Shown piece by piece: positions 23,401 to 39,001 of a stretch of DNA of 64,000 nucleotides. The notes under the pieces are model-generated. The model was not told the DNA's origin. It worked only from the letters and a program-made list of their open reading frames with translations, and did not search any database. Location of the stretch: assembly GCF_035594765.1 (NCBI RefSeq), contig NC_085841.1:331771402-331835401 (forward strand), written 5' to 3'. This DNA is from Anolis carolinensis (lineage: Eukaryota). A program made the position numbers and the translations under genes. The number at the start of each line of letters is the position of its first letter. Positions within the stretch are counted from its first letter, which is position 1.

Positions 23401-26400
23401 AAATTTTGCCTCCCAGAAAGAGATACTTCTAGAATTTGTTTGCCTATGAAGCCCAAAGAATTTGATGAGCTTTAGGCTTACTATTCTAAGCTACATGATG
23501 CAACAGTTACACCAAGAAATAGCTGGTGTGCTAGGGAAAATAAGACAAGGCAATATCTAATGGCAATACCTCCAGGGATGTTATTAGTTGCTAGATCCTG
23601 ACAAACAACTTCATCAAAAGAGTGCTACAGCATATGAAAGTTGGTCATTTAAGGATTATTGCTTGAGTGATAAATACAACATCAAGATACATCACAAAAA
23701 TCTTATACAGTACAGCAGACTTACTATTTACAATGCTTCACTTTTTATCACAGAGTATTAAGCTCTTTTTTTTTACTATGTACTTGGTAAGAAATTCTGT
23801 TAAATCTTGCTGTCTCTTAATGTTGATTGTGATATTATAACGGAAACTGCTTTTGCGCTCTTTGATTTTATCTTTGCTTATTTAGATCCATTTTTTAAAA
23901 AAAAATTAATGGGAGACAGACTTTGGGTTTCAGAATAAGCTCCATCATCTACTTCAATACAAAAAAAATCCCTATTCTGGACATAGCAAGGATTTATAAA
24001 GGATTTTATTAATGCTTCGGTTCTACCATGCAAGTGCCTCAGCAAGCACTTCTCACAATCAGCTCCTGGGCTTCATTCAGATTCATGGATTTTCCTACAG
24101 AACAGATTTAACCAATCAACACAGAGGCATGGTGAAAATTAAGTAAATCTTGCAGTAAGCCATTTAAGCTAGTAATGCATACTCCTAGGAAAATGCATAT
24201 CCTACAACTATATTCTTGTATAGAATGACAGCCACAGATGGATAGTTTAGTGAAGCGACTATTTTAATTCATATCTACCTACAGCTTAGTACAATGTGAA
24301 ACAATCTGCTGTAAAGATGAAAGTGTAAAAATATTTTACAAATTGTATAATGATACTTATATTGCTGAAAAAAATTAATCAATATACGCATATACAAAAA
24401 AAAAGCACAGTGTGGGATGGCTGATTATTGTTTTGTAGGTTTTGTAATTTTACCTTACTAAATTAAGACATCCCAAATGGTCACTGGATGCACTGGTTTC
24501 CTATAAATTGTTATAGAAATATACTGACAATATAATAATGGCACTAGTTTTTCCAAACGTGGTACTGCATGCTCCTGCAAGGCAAAAGGTTGTGGTGAAG
24601 GAAGCACTGCTGCTGGAAGGGTCGCCCATATCAGACAAGATTTGGCTGAGGATCCAGGCTGAATGCTGCCCAATTGGGCAGCAGCAATAGTGGAGGGCAA
24701 AGGATCTTTCAGAGATAGCAATGGCACCATAGTTTCATTTTCTGTAGGTTTTTATTAAAGAGAGGCTAAATGGTCATTGTTAAGGGTGCGGTGATTGTAT
24801 GTTTCTGAATGGCAAAGTGAGCTTGGACAGGATGGCTCTTGTGGTCTCTTCCAACTCTATTATTCTATAACTAAAACTTCCTTGGGATTCCATAGAATTG
24901 AACCATGGCAGTTGAAGTGGTGTCAAACTGCACTAATTCTTCAACATAGATGCATCCACTTTTGGACGATTCAGGCCCCTTCTACACTGCCAGATAAAAT
25001 CCCGATTATTTGCTTTGAACTGGATTATATGGCAATGTAGACTAAGATAATCCAGTTCAAAATAGATAATCTGGATTATCTGCTTTGATAATCTGGATCA
25101 CATAGCAGTATATAAGGGGCTTCGGTGTTCATCAGTGCTGTTTCATGTGCAAAATTATTTCAAATTATTGGATTAAAATATCTTCAAGTTATGCGCATAA
25201 TAATAATAGTAATCATAATTTGATTTCTTACCCGCCTCTCTTCATGGCTCAAGGCGGGTTACAAAACAATTAAAATACACGAGCACAGCAAAAACACTAC
25301 AAATACACACATTAAAGCATACCTCCATAAAAGTTACATACCAAAACATATGAAATACATATTAAAACAGATAAAACAAGTTAAACAAAGGACATGCATT
25401 AAAATTCATGTTTATGTTTAAAGACTGTCTGGGTAGGCCTGCCGGAAAAAACAGGTCTTCACTTGTGTCTTAAATTCCGACAGCTGATCTAGCTGTTGGA
25501 GTTCTGCCGGGAGGATGTTTCATAGCCTTGGGGCAACCTATGAAAAGGTCCCCTAGATGGTGGTTGTCAGTCAGGTTCTGGCTGGTTGGAGCAGATGCCC
25601 CCCAGAAGACCGAACTGTATGGGCCGGATGCTGTGAGTTTTCCTGTCTGTATGGCCATGATCCAGAAGCATTCTCTCCTGAAGTTTCGCCCACATCTATA
25701 CTAGGCATCCTCAGAGATTCTGAGATATATTGGAAACTAGTCAAGTGGGGTTTATAGATTTGTGGAAGGTCCAGGGTGGGAGAAAGAACTCTTGTCTGTT
25801 GGAGGCATGTGTGAATGTTGCAATTAATCACCTTGATTAGCATTGAAACGCCTTTCAGGTTCAAGGCCTGGCTGATTCCTGCCTGGGGTGACCATTTGTT
25901 GGGAAGTATTGCCTGGCCCTGATTGTTTCATGTCTGCAATTCCATTTTCTGAGTGTTGTTCTTTATTTAGGATTTACCCAGGCAGAACTCAGCCAGGCTT
26001 TAAAGCTACAAGGCTTTTCAATGCTAGTTCATTCTCCCACCCACAGATATACAAACCCCACTTGTCTAGTTTCCAATTTACCTCACAACTCTGTGGATGC
26101 CTGCCATAAATGTGGGCGAAACCTCAGGAGAGAATGCTTCTGGAACATGGCCATGCAGCCCGGAAAACTCACAGCAACCCAGTTTTTGATTTGTTTTCCT
26201 TGTACAACGCCATGTACATTGATGATAATGACGATGATGATGACAATTGATGACAGGAACCTTGAAAGAGCCCCCGTTCCTCACCTGCGGCGCTGAGGGG
26301 ACCCACAGGACCCAATTGCCCCTCTGATGGACCTGGAGAAGGCGGAAGCGAGAGCCGCTTCTGGTCCCTTTTTGTCCCTTCGAGGCCACTGTCCCCGCTG

Positions 26401-26468
26401 CTGCCGAAGACCCCGGCCGCGGAGGGTTCGAAGCGGGTGCCAGCGGCCGCGGCCAACACATCCGACAT
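11474..26468 (-). CDS. TMED8: Transmembrane p24 trafficking protein family member 8 (GOLD-domain protein), ~347 aa
   Basis: Exons 26285-26468, 22260-22338, 18926-19052, 17287-17428, 16112-16405, 11474-11691. All GT-AG, phases 1/2/0/1/1, total 1044 nt. Recognisable segments: [22 protein letters not shown]; [40 protein letters not shown]; [52 protein letters not shown] (ACBD3/TMED8-type split GOLD domain). Synteny with SAMD15 and NOXRED1. Confidence 0.95.
12374..12508. mobile_element. hAT-type MITE nested in an older SINE-like repeat (~12190-12550)
   Basis: Terminal inverted repeats (TIRs) gtttctcaaactgt.ctcctcca / tggaggagcacagtttgagaaac; imperfect 8-bp flanks ccttagga/ccttgggg. Confidence 0.6.
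12797..14059 (-). mobile_element. CR1 LINE, young, 5'-truncated (TMED8 last intron)
   Basis: Uninterrupted 312-aa ORF 12881-13819 with [29 protein letters not shown] and [16 protein letters not shown]; (ATTCTATG)n tail. Confidence 0.95.
14112..14947 (+). mobile_element. Vingi/Ingi-type LINE 3' fragment
   Basis: Degenerate translation [31 protein letters not shown], typical of the Ingi/Vingi RT C-terminus; ends in (TAAA)n. Confidence 0.65.
14990..15245 (+). mobile_element. tRNA-derived SINE (second family)
   Basis: B-box-like ggttcaaatcc; end ttctcaagtcgctcc.gacac plus A-tail. Homologous to 54749-55020 and (inverted) 28870-28995. Confidence 0.7.
15370..15585. mobile_element. Palindromic MITE (PIF/Harbinger-like)
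   Basis: TIR-like acactgtagaa.taat ... attaattctacagtgtagatgcaccc. Related copies at ~30505-30787 and ~38241-38450. Confidence 0.5.
22850..23060 (-). mobile_element. 5S rRNA-derived SINE, degenerate
   Basis: The reverse complement carries a 5S-like head (gatcccatctgattttggaagc...gggtcagc...tagtatttgaatgggagac). Confidence 0.5.
24974..25120. mobile_element. Palindromic MITE (Harbinger-like)
   Basis: ggccccttctacactgcc ... gcagtatataaggggc, with internal ataatccag/ctggattat inverted repeats. Confidence 0.55.
25200..25615 (-). mobile_element. L2-type LINE 3' fragment
   Basis: 3' end (reverse complement) tgtaacccgccttgag...gaggcgggtaagaaat plus a TTA-type tail; resembles the other L2 ends in the window. 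Confidence 0.5.
25620..26181. mobile_element. Penelope-like element: two fragments in inverted orientation
   Basis: Minus copy ~25620-25970 and plus copy ~25976-26181 share ctg(a/t)ggatgcct...atgtgggcgaaac.tcaggagagaatgcttctgga.catggccat.cag...ggaaaactcacagca.ccc. Confidence 0.7.
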
Positions 26469-26687
26469 CGGGGCCGGGCGGAAAGACCCGAGGAGACCCG
26501 AATAGAACCGAAAATTCCCGGGAAAAGCCGAGGCCGACGACCACCGCCGTCAGGTTGGAATCTTCGCGCGGGCTGCGGCAGTGGGGACGGACAAGATGGA
26601 GACACTTCCCGGAAGTGCCGGTATCTATGGGGCCTTGGGAAGGACGCGTTGCTATGGCTCCGCAGATCCTGACTGCCATCCTTCAAG

Positions 26688-29820
<3,133 letters not shown>

Positions 29821-29914
29821 TGTGAAGGTTTGGAACTTGAAAGTTCACAAAAAGTATCACAACGTGAGGGTTTGGAGTTTGAAAATCTACAACAATATAA
29901 TTCAGTTCCCTTGC

Positions 29915-29920
29915 AATAAA
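29915..29920 (+). terminator. Polyadenylation signal of SAMD15
   Basis: AATAAA ~95 nt after the stop, followed by a T/GT-rich tract (ttgttttttcatgtgt). Confidence 0.6.
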
Positions 29921-30683
29921 AATATATTGTTTTTTCATGTGTCAAAACCTGCACTTCCATTTCCTGTGGTTCCCTCTCACTGAGCATCCAGTTGAACCGG
30001 AGTTGTTATCTAGTGATGTCTTTTAAACAAAGCAAACCTTCTATCACTTTAAAAGTTCATTTTTATCTGCATAATTCAAATTCAGCAGTTGTTATTTTAT
30101 TTATTCCTGATCTTTTCCCCATGGTTGAACTTCAATATGATTTGTTTTTGCAAGAAGTTCTATAAGTCATTAAGGTTTATTAGGTTAAATTGGGCATCTA
30201 GAAACAGGAGCTAATGATGCTATATGTGTGGCTGCAGCCAAAGTCATTGGTTCATTGGCCAAAAAGATATTGAGTACTTTTGGCCAGTGGTCTAACTTTG
30301 CCCTTCCTCACTTTTCCCCTGTGGAAGAGGATCAAAGGTAGCTATATTTGGATGATGATGTTGCTGATTGGTTGCACATCGGGATTTATGCACTTATAAT
30401 TATTGTGATTGGAGATGGCACTTTAATAGGATCTTCACTGATATCTTCAGCAAAATATTGCAATTAATATTCCTCTCCCACCTAGTTTTTAGGAGGTGGT
30501 GTTAAGGATATATCTACACTGCAGTTTTACACCACTTCAACTGCCATGGCTGAATGCTGTAGAATCATAGGAATTGTAGTTTGGTGAGGCACCAGCACTA
30601 CTTGGCAGAGAAGACTAAGAATCTTTTAAAAGTACAGCTCCCATGATTCAACAGCATTGAGCCATGGCAGTTAGAATGTAGAC

Positions 30684-30748
30684 GAGGCATGGGAATTGTG
30701 GGAGTTGAAGTCCAAAACACCTGGAGGGCCAAAGTTTGCCCATGCCTG
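30684..30748. mobile_element. 65-bp internally deleted hAT MITE nested in a Harbinger-like MITE (~30505-30787)
   Basis: Ends aggcatggg / cccatgcct; perfect 8-bp TSD atgtagac at 30676-30683 and 30749-30756. Confidence 0.7.
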
Positions 30749-31273
30749 ATGTAGACAAACTGCATTCATTCTACAGTGGATGCACCGTAAGAGGAATGCA
30801 GTTACAGCCTCTGCAGACCAATGCAGTTGGACTCACTGCATGTGAGGTAGATGTTAATCATACTTTCTTTTTTTGATGGTTATGCAGCTAGTGTAATAAT
30901 ATTTATTTCTCCTAACTTTTTAATATTCTTTTGTGAGCTGACCCACATCTCTGCAATAATATTTGATTACATTTTCCATAATATAAAGATAAATCTAATT
31001 GCCCCCTTTAAAAAAAAACCAATTATGTGGTTCATTTTGTTGGAATTTCTTTCTGCTCAGCATCTGTTGCTCCTGGTATTTTATTGCACAATACACTCCT
31101 CTTGGTTTTGATTGAAAATTGCTGTTGGGTTGCTACTCTGCACATAATAAAATGGGGCTTGCTGATAATTATTCCCAAATAATGATTTGACTGTAATATT
31201 TTTAGAAATAAATATATTTGTAGTACTGAAAAACAAAATGCTTGCTGCTTCTGGAGATTTGGATAAAAAAGAT

Positions 31274-34200
31274 TTAAGTCTCTTCAGAATCAGTACTTGA
31301 TGTCTCTACTACTTTGCTTTTACAAGTTGCAGCAAATCCCCAGGTCAAAGATTTGGTGGGATTTAGCAGGAGAGCTGAAAGAGAAGGCTTTTTGAAGGGA
31401 ACAGCCATGGAATCTTCATTAGTTTTGGAGAATCTGACTGCCAGTATGTTACAATACAATGAAGCAATGTTGTCCTGAAAAAATTTATCTGTTGCAAGAA
31501 GGTGCCCAAAAGGTGATTCTTTTAGCTGAACAGTTGTCAAGTCAAACCAAGGGAAGGAACTATGAGTAAAAAAAAAAGGCTACTGTTACTGGATTTCTTA
31601 AGCTGTACCATACAATTGTTTCTATTATTGTCATTTTCAGTTACAGAAGTATTAAATGTGGAAGTAGCAGTTAACCAGATAATTTCTTTTTCCATTTAAG
31701 TGCCATTCTTAATGGTGAAAGCTATCCCCCAAAAATATAAAATAGGTATATTATCCTCTTGACTTATTTACATTATTTTTTATACAGCAACAAGGGCATT
31801 CAGCATAACCATACTACTAAACACTTATTCCCATGTTGCCTGCTTGCTCTCTTCCCCACAATACCCATTGTTAAATGAAATGATAAGCATATATTAACAT
31901 ATATCGTTTCATGTCTGTTTGGGCCAAAAATTTCTAAACGGGAGAACATAAAGACCTCAGGGCCATTTCAAACATTACTTTTTTTGAAATTTCCAGGAAG
32001 AGTTGATGGAAGGGGTGTAGTGTTTGTAGATTGCTCGTTTAATAAATAGTTCCAATTACATAGGAAATTTCCATATTATTACTGCTAATATTTAGTAACC
32101 AAGACAATGCTAACAACATCTAACCATGTAATCAAGAATATCCATATATGAGATTTCAGAGTTTTATGGAATTGCCTCAATAGCCTATTCACAGTAGTCT
32201 CCACATGAATCCTTCGAGAAACGCAGAGTACAAAAAATATAGAAGGGGAAGGAAATGAAACCCTACAATTTTCAGCTTGACTTAACTTACTCATCAGGTG
32301 CCAGGGAGGAGGCAAAGGTTGGGTTGATAAAGTTTTCACAAAACAGCAGTGTATTATCATCAGGAAAGCACACATCAGTAAATAAAAGCAGGGTCTTTGC
32401 ATAGGTCAAACCCTGCATCGTGTAGCTGTTCAGAGCTGCATAGAATGTCGCTGCCAGCCATTCCCTATTGACAACAACTTCTCCTGTAAAAGAAAATGTA
32501 TACAAGATTTACAAAATGTTTTCAGTTTACCAAACCTTTAAGGCAGAGGTAAACTGCTCAAGATAAGCCATGTTCCAAATGCAAGCTTTTCCTGTTAATG
32601 TGTGAACTTTCATTTGTGAAATGCCAAATACCCATTGCTTGAATCTATTTGCTACACAGGTATGATGGTTGTTCAAGCCCATGGAAAATGGTAATGGCAT
32701 AAGGAGGTTGGCAGTATTTGCCTTCTCCTTCAATTAATATTCATTTACTGTATTTAATCTAAGATATCAATGATTATGAGACACTAATTTCAGTGTCACC
32801 AACAGAAAAAAACTTTATATACTTTTAAAAGCACCTGCGATTCTAAGACACACACATTTTTAAAGATGCTTATATGGGGAGGGAAGCACATCTTAGAATC
32901 AAAGAAATACACAGTATTTGTGTAGTAAAACAAAGCAGAAATGAATTCCAGTTCTGAGTCAGTTGCCACTTCAGGACCACAAACGGGAGAGCTGCCAGTG
33001 CTATTATGCAAGTTCTTTAGTTGTATGGAGAGGTTTTTTTGCAGGAAAGAAGCAGTATTACAAATATGGCTTCTTTCACCATCCCTACCATCTCTTTGTT
33101 TTGTCTATATCCGTCAGGCCCCAGAGGCCTGTATTGTTGGAGGCAGCATTTTTAAAATTGCTGAGATTATGTCTTTCTGGGTTACAAAGGAGGAAATGAC
33201 TAATTAAGACAGGGGTGCAGATGATAAGCTGAGAAAAATAATATTTACAGTGAAGAAAAATGAAAATTAAAAGACAGTGGGATCTGGAGAGACAAAAACA
33301 TAGTCCATGAACAAAAAAAAAAAGATTTAACAGATAATAAAAAAGAAAAATAGATAAAAATTACAGTAGAGTCTCATTTATCCAACATTCGCTTATCCAA
33401 CGTTCTGGATTATCCAATGCATTTTTGTAGCCAATGTTTTAATGCATTATGATATTTTGGTGCTAAATTTGTAAATACAGTAATTACTATGTAGCATTAC
33501 TGCATATTGAACTATTTTTTCTGTCAAATTTGTTGTATAACATGATGTTTTGGTGCTTAATTTGTAAAATCATAACCTAATCTCTCCTTATTATCCAACA
33601 TATTCGCTTATCCAACATTCTGCTGGCCCGTTTATGTTGGATAAGTGAGACTCTACTGTACAATAAAAATGTCCAATTGTGGCAGAAGTTGTAATGTGGG
33701 CTCTAATTAAAATCTACATGAAAGTCTGCATTCTTTAATTGGTGCACCTTAATACAGAGTTTGTGAGCTAACATTTTTCAGTTGCTTCCTGCCAAATAAA
33801 ACAGTAAGATCAATGCCATCATCACTGTAAGCTAATTAGAAAAATCCAGAGAAGTATGCCAGCAAACCATGCTTTATGCTCTTGAAATGACATCAATTAA
33901 CTGTATCAACTATATAACACTGATGGACCACAAATGAAACAAACTGTTGATGAAGAGAAAAGATCCTTCAGTAAATATATTACAGACAGCATGCTAATAG
34001 ATGTCAGGAGAGAGAATGTATAGAACACTGAAGACCCTGAAACCTGGCAAAGAAAAAAAAACACTACCTGGTAAATTTATTAAAAGTATGGAAGTATTTG
34101 GAAATGATTATAGAAAAAAAACCAGAATCAGCATAGTGTAGTGTTTTAAGAGTTTTACTAGGACTCTGGCAGATAGAGAGCTGGCATTATAGAATAGGAC

Positions 34201-35415
34201 ATCGGAAAAAAGAAACAGAAGAACGTATGTTTAGAGCTCAAAAGAAAATAGTATTCAAGATTGGAAAAATAAATTTTATTTATGCACAGAGAAGAATGCT
34301 TATTATTGTTGATGTTATTTGTACATAAGCTGCAAAGTTAAGAACAGAATTCACCTACTTATTGGGTTACAGGGACATGTTGCCTGGATAACAGCTGGAT
34401 CGTTGAGGGCTTCCACAACTGTTCTGCTTGCTAACCAGATGTCAAAAAGATCAGTTTCCACAAATTTGTATTGTGGCCTTAAGATTGAGTTAAAAGAAAG
34501 AAGTTGCTTCAGCCTGAAAGTAAACAAGAGTGAAGTAAATCACATGGCTCATTTCTACCAAGGAAACAGGTAGAAGAGGAAGATGTACATATGTAGAATA
34601 ACACAAAGCCTACTGTATGGGAAATTGTCTCCAAATAGTTCTAGCAATTTCCATATGGACTAAAGAGTTATGTATAAATTAGACCTGCAAAATATGCAGA
34701 TAAACATATTTTACATTGAGTAAAGAACACATGCCATAATAAATATCTAAATGCAACTTGCCCGGTGCTTGGTTCTGCATTACATTTGATAGATCAAGGA
34801 TAGAGTGGATCAAGCAAAAAATGCTATATTGATTGAACTTTTTAAAGTCATCTTGAAGGGACAATTTCCAATCATGGAAGTGTGTGATATGGGACTTTTT
34901 AAGCTCAGTTTGTGGTGCACAACATAAAAACATTATCTCCTTAGTTGTGATTGAATTCTGTTTTGAAGTTTTATGCAAATACGGAACCAGGAGTCAACTA
35001 TATAAACAAACTTACTGTGGGATTGTGCCAACATTATAATTTAATTAAAAATGCTTTTTATTTACAGTTCACAAAGTGTTGTGCTTTTTTGCATTTATGC
35101 AGAAATTAAACAATGGCAGCTGCTAATTTTCATGTCCATGGGATGAAGGATTCACGTTAGATTTTAGTGAGAATAATGAATCCTGCCTCCAAAGTAAGTT
35201 GGGCCCTTTGAATAACCATGTAAATTTTTGACTAAAATCTGAGGTGGAGCCATCAACTCCCTGACATGCAAGGCACCACTGATATTTTTTTGTCACACAT
35301 CTCACTGAAAATATTACCATTTTATACATTGGAGTGCATAACTTACTACTTAATTAATATCTTGCCGTTCTCCCAGTTTGGGTCCCGTTACCCTTGTCTT
35401 TCAGGTTTCTTCCCC

Positions 35416-35451
<36 letters not shown>

Positions 35452-38400
35452 CCATAACAGTGGTGTTTCTCCCCATTCTGCCAAATAGCTTTGTATGTCC
35501 CTTATAGTCAAAAGAGCTAAGTCTAGAGGGGACTGGAGATAAAGACATGGGATTACACTGACAGTCCCTTCATTTCAAGATATGAAAACAATTCTGAAGG
35601 ACCTGGATCACCTGAAAACTTTATAGATTCTCTTACACATAAGCAACATTTTATTTGACTGCCATACAAAACCTGTCCACAAGCCACATTTTAAAATTCA
35701 TTATCATGTTATGTTTTCCTGAAAGAAACGATTTAGGAAGTAGTAGGTATTCCCCCATCCTCCTTGCTCAAATGAAGTTAGCTCTAATGTCAGTGTAAAA
35801 TACCTGGTTAGAGGGATCCCTGTGACGAGACTGTATATAATACATTGGTTTTGGATTGCATCTCGAATTTCTGAGCAAATGTGTTGAAGCTGAGATGGAA
35901 GACAGCAGAGAAATATAACATCTGCCCAGCTTACAAGTTGCCTATTGTTGTAAAAGCACTTAACTCCCACCATATGAAATTCTGCTAGAAAAAATCAAAG
36001 AAAAGGGAAAAAGTAAACCCTGCATTCATCCAGCAGAACCAAATTAATAGTTTGAGGTGATCTTGTGCAGATTTGTCTGGGAAGATAAATTCTGATTTAA
36101 AACTCATTGCTCAAAAGGGTCAAACCTCAGAAACTGGCCAGGATTCAAACAATTTAAAAAAAAACCCTTTTAATCCTCCCTTTTCTCTCAACAGGGATTA
36201 TTAGTAAAAATAATTGTACTAAGCATCCATTTACTGTCCAATCACTCCTACTGAGCGACCTCATTTGGTCCTTATATCCAGCTGTTTTGAATATAATTAT
36301 TACATGGCCATAGGGTAACTAGTCTCTAGCTCCCTCTTCTGATCATTTTTAAAAATAGCTTGGAAGGTGAACCTTTGAGGTAAAGATAAAGGTTTCCCCT
36401 GACGTTAAGTCCAGTCTTGACCGACTCTGGGGGTTGGTGCTCATCTCCATTTCTAAGCCGAAGAGCCGGCGTTGTCCATAGACATCACCAAGGTCATGCG
36501 GCCAGCATGACTGCATGGAGCGCTGTTACCTTCCCGACGGAGCGGTACCTATTGATCTACTCACGTTGGCATGTTTTCGAACTGCTAGGTTGGCAGGAGC
36601 TGGGGCTAACAGCAGGCACTCATTCCGCTCCTGGGATTTGAACCTGGGATCTTTTGGTCCACAAGTTCAGCAGCTCAGCGCTTGAATACACTGTGCCACC
36701 AGGGGCCCCAGGTGAACCTTTTATGTATTTATAATAAACTAAATGGCATCATCTAGACTAGTCAAAAGTTTCTGGATTTGGTACAAATTGAATTGACAGT
36801 TATGTGCCTTTATGCCATTTCTGATTTAACCCTATCATGGGATTTCCCTGGCAATATTTGTTGTTTTCGACAGCCTTCCTCTAACTTACATTCAACATAC
36901 AACTATCCAACCTAAGAATAGCTCCGAGGCATGTTTCTAATAGAGAATTGTTGCATGTTCAGTGAGGAAATAGATCAGTTTGAGATTTTCTGTTCCAGAT
37001 CCAGCATTTGAGCCAAGACATTATTTTAATTAATATGGACAAACTGGTTTGCTTTAGCAATTCAGTGCTGGAAACTTTCTGGGGTAAAAACAAAGAAAGG
37101 GAGAGTAACAAAGAAGGAAATGTAACTATTCTCATGCTGAAAGCCTGGAGATGGAGTGTCATGGAAAGCATTGACAGAAATAAACTTTTACTATAAAGTG
37201 TATAGTACAATAGGAGTGCAATCTGCAGCAGGAGTGCTTTTGAATTGTACATGTGGATATACCAGTGATGATTTAGTGCCTGACTCTTACACAGAGTTTC
37301 TGGCCGCCTTGTAGAGATCTGGATGTTCTTATATGAAATTCCACCCAATTGTAGGAAGGTCTTGGCAAGCTGATTCCCAATATGGCCTGCACCAATAATC
37401 CCAAAATTCAAGCTATGGTTGTCCTCCGATGCTTGAGGGAAAGCAGACACATCCTCCTTTTTCTTCTCTTTCTGCCTTAGGAAAGACACAAGAACTGTTG
37501 TCATACTTATAAAGAAATATATTAAATTGCATAGAGGAAAGGATACTTTACATTTCATAGAGCAGAAATGCTCAACCTGTTCTCTAATTGAGGTTCACAT
37601 CCCTTTGGGAGAGAGTCAAAAGGCACAATACAATGCTATTCTCTTGGAGAGGGCTTTTGAAATTAGTCCGAGGGGTCACATGGAAACCTAGGATTCTTTC
37701 TTCCTTCTTTATAAATAAATAATCTATTTGTTTAAATCCCTACTAGCGATGGAAACAACTGCCTTCCCATAATCTATTTTTGCGATCACCTACTGTACTT
37801 TGGACTGTGAGGTCTCAAAATCTGAAAACAAAGTCATGGGAATGGAGATAGACACCAGCAAACAGTAATCCTACTCTGGATTCTACTTGAGAAATTTCTT
37901 TATTCTGCAGAATGAAATAATATAGGCTATAGTAGATTATAAATAATATATCTGATTTTTCATAAGTTATCCTGCTAATAGGGTCCACTTTTGTGAAAGA
38001 ACTCAAGAAAACTGGTGATAGGTTACCAAAAGGGATACATTAGCCTGTAATAGAATGGATCTGCATTAATAGCCCATTTTATTATTCATTTGACAGCATA
38101 GTTCATTCAGTTTCTTAGGTGCCTTCAACAACTGTAATTTATATAATAGATGCCATTTTACTATGCCATTGTATATAATGAGCATCTATGGATGTTGGTA
38201 TCCACATGGGTGTCATGGAACCAAACCCCAGCAGATACCAAGGGTGCATCTGCACTATAGAATTAATGCAGTTTGACACCACTTTAACTATCATGGCTCT
38301 GTGCTATGGAATTGTAGGAGTTGTAGTTTTATAAGATATGTAGCCTTCTCTGACAGTCAGTGCTAATCCTCACCAAACTACAAATCCCATGATTCCATAG

Positions 38401-39001
38401 CATTGAGCCATTGCAGTTATTAATTTGACATTAATTTTACAGTGTAGATGTAGCAAAAGAATCATTTATTTTATTTAAAAGAAAGCTAATTACACTTTGT
38501 ATGGCACTGCTTACTGTTACAACAAATTGCTTTATATATGTGTGTGTGTATATATATAATTTTTATCCCCACCTATCTCACAATATCAGGACTCAAGGTG
38601 GCTGTAATTAAAAAGTAGGACAATTAGAAGATGAGTTACAGAAAAGGTGAACATATCTGCCACAAGCATCTAAAATATCAGATTGCTTTTGCCCGAGTCT
38701 CTGGGGGAAGACAAGAACTAAAGAAGTAAGAACTAAAACACCAATACTTTCAGAAACAAATACCACAACCTCCAGAAATGTTTGCTTGTCTGGAAACAAT
38801 TGTCCAAAAAAAAAAAAGGTAGTGATATAGGTCTTATCTGAGACACCTGGTGGCTTGGAGCAGTTTGCAGAAGAAGAGTGCATGGGCACAAGCATTGATG
38901 GTCAGGCCTTTGGCACGACATTTCAGACGCAGCGCAAGGTCACTAGTCTCTGCCCCATTATCTGGCTGAAATGCTTTCAGGTTCACCATAATATCTGCCA
39001 T
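31274..39001 (-). CDS. NOXRED1: NADP-dependent oxidoreductase domain-containing protein 1 (pyrroline-5-carboxylate reductase-like), ~384 aa
   Basis: Exons 38847-39001, 37291-37475, 35804-35984, 34359-34513, 32291-32483, 31274-31559; phases 2/1/2/1/2, total 1155 nt. Rossmann motif FGIIGAGHIG, plus ISTRRPETL, WADVIFLCCLPSQL and FPWFDLTTVQLKESPF. Syntenic position. Confidence 0.93.
33364..33658. mobile_element. Tc1/mariner-type MITE with TA TSD (NOXRED1 intron)
   Basis: Same TIRs as 27146-27450, internal sequence in the opposite orientation. Confidence 0.85.
36377..36709 (-). mobile_element. Sauria-type SINE with 12-bp TSD
   Basis: TSD aggtgaaccttt at 36365-36376 and 36710-36721; highly similar to the 6322 and 45708 copies. 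Confidence 0.88.
38241..38450. mobile_element. Palindromic MITE (Harbinger-like)
   Basis: gggtgcatctgcactatagaattaat ... attaattttacagtgtagatg; same family as 15370-15585. Confidence 0.5.

Noticed and set aside
36959-37558. 199-aa single-exon ORF
   Set aside because: Only 37291-37475 is the NOXRED1 exon; the rest is intronic run-on beyond clear splice sites.
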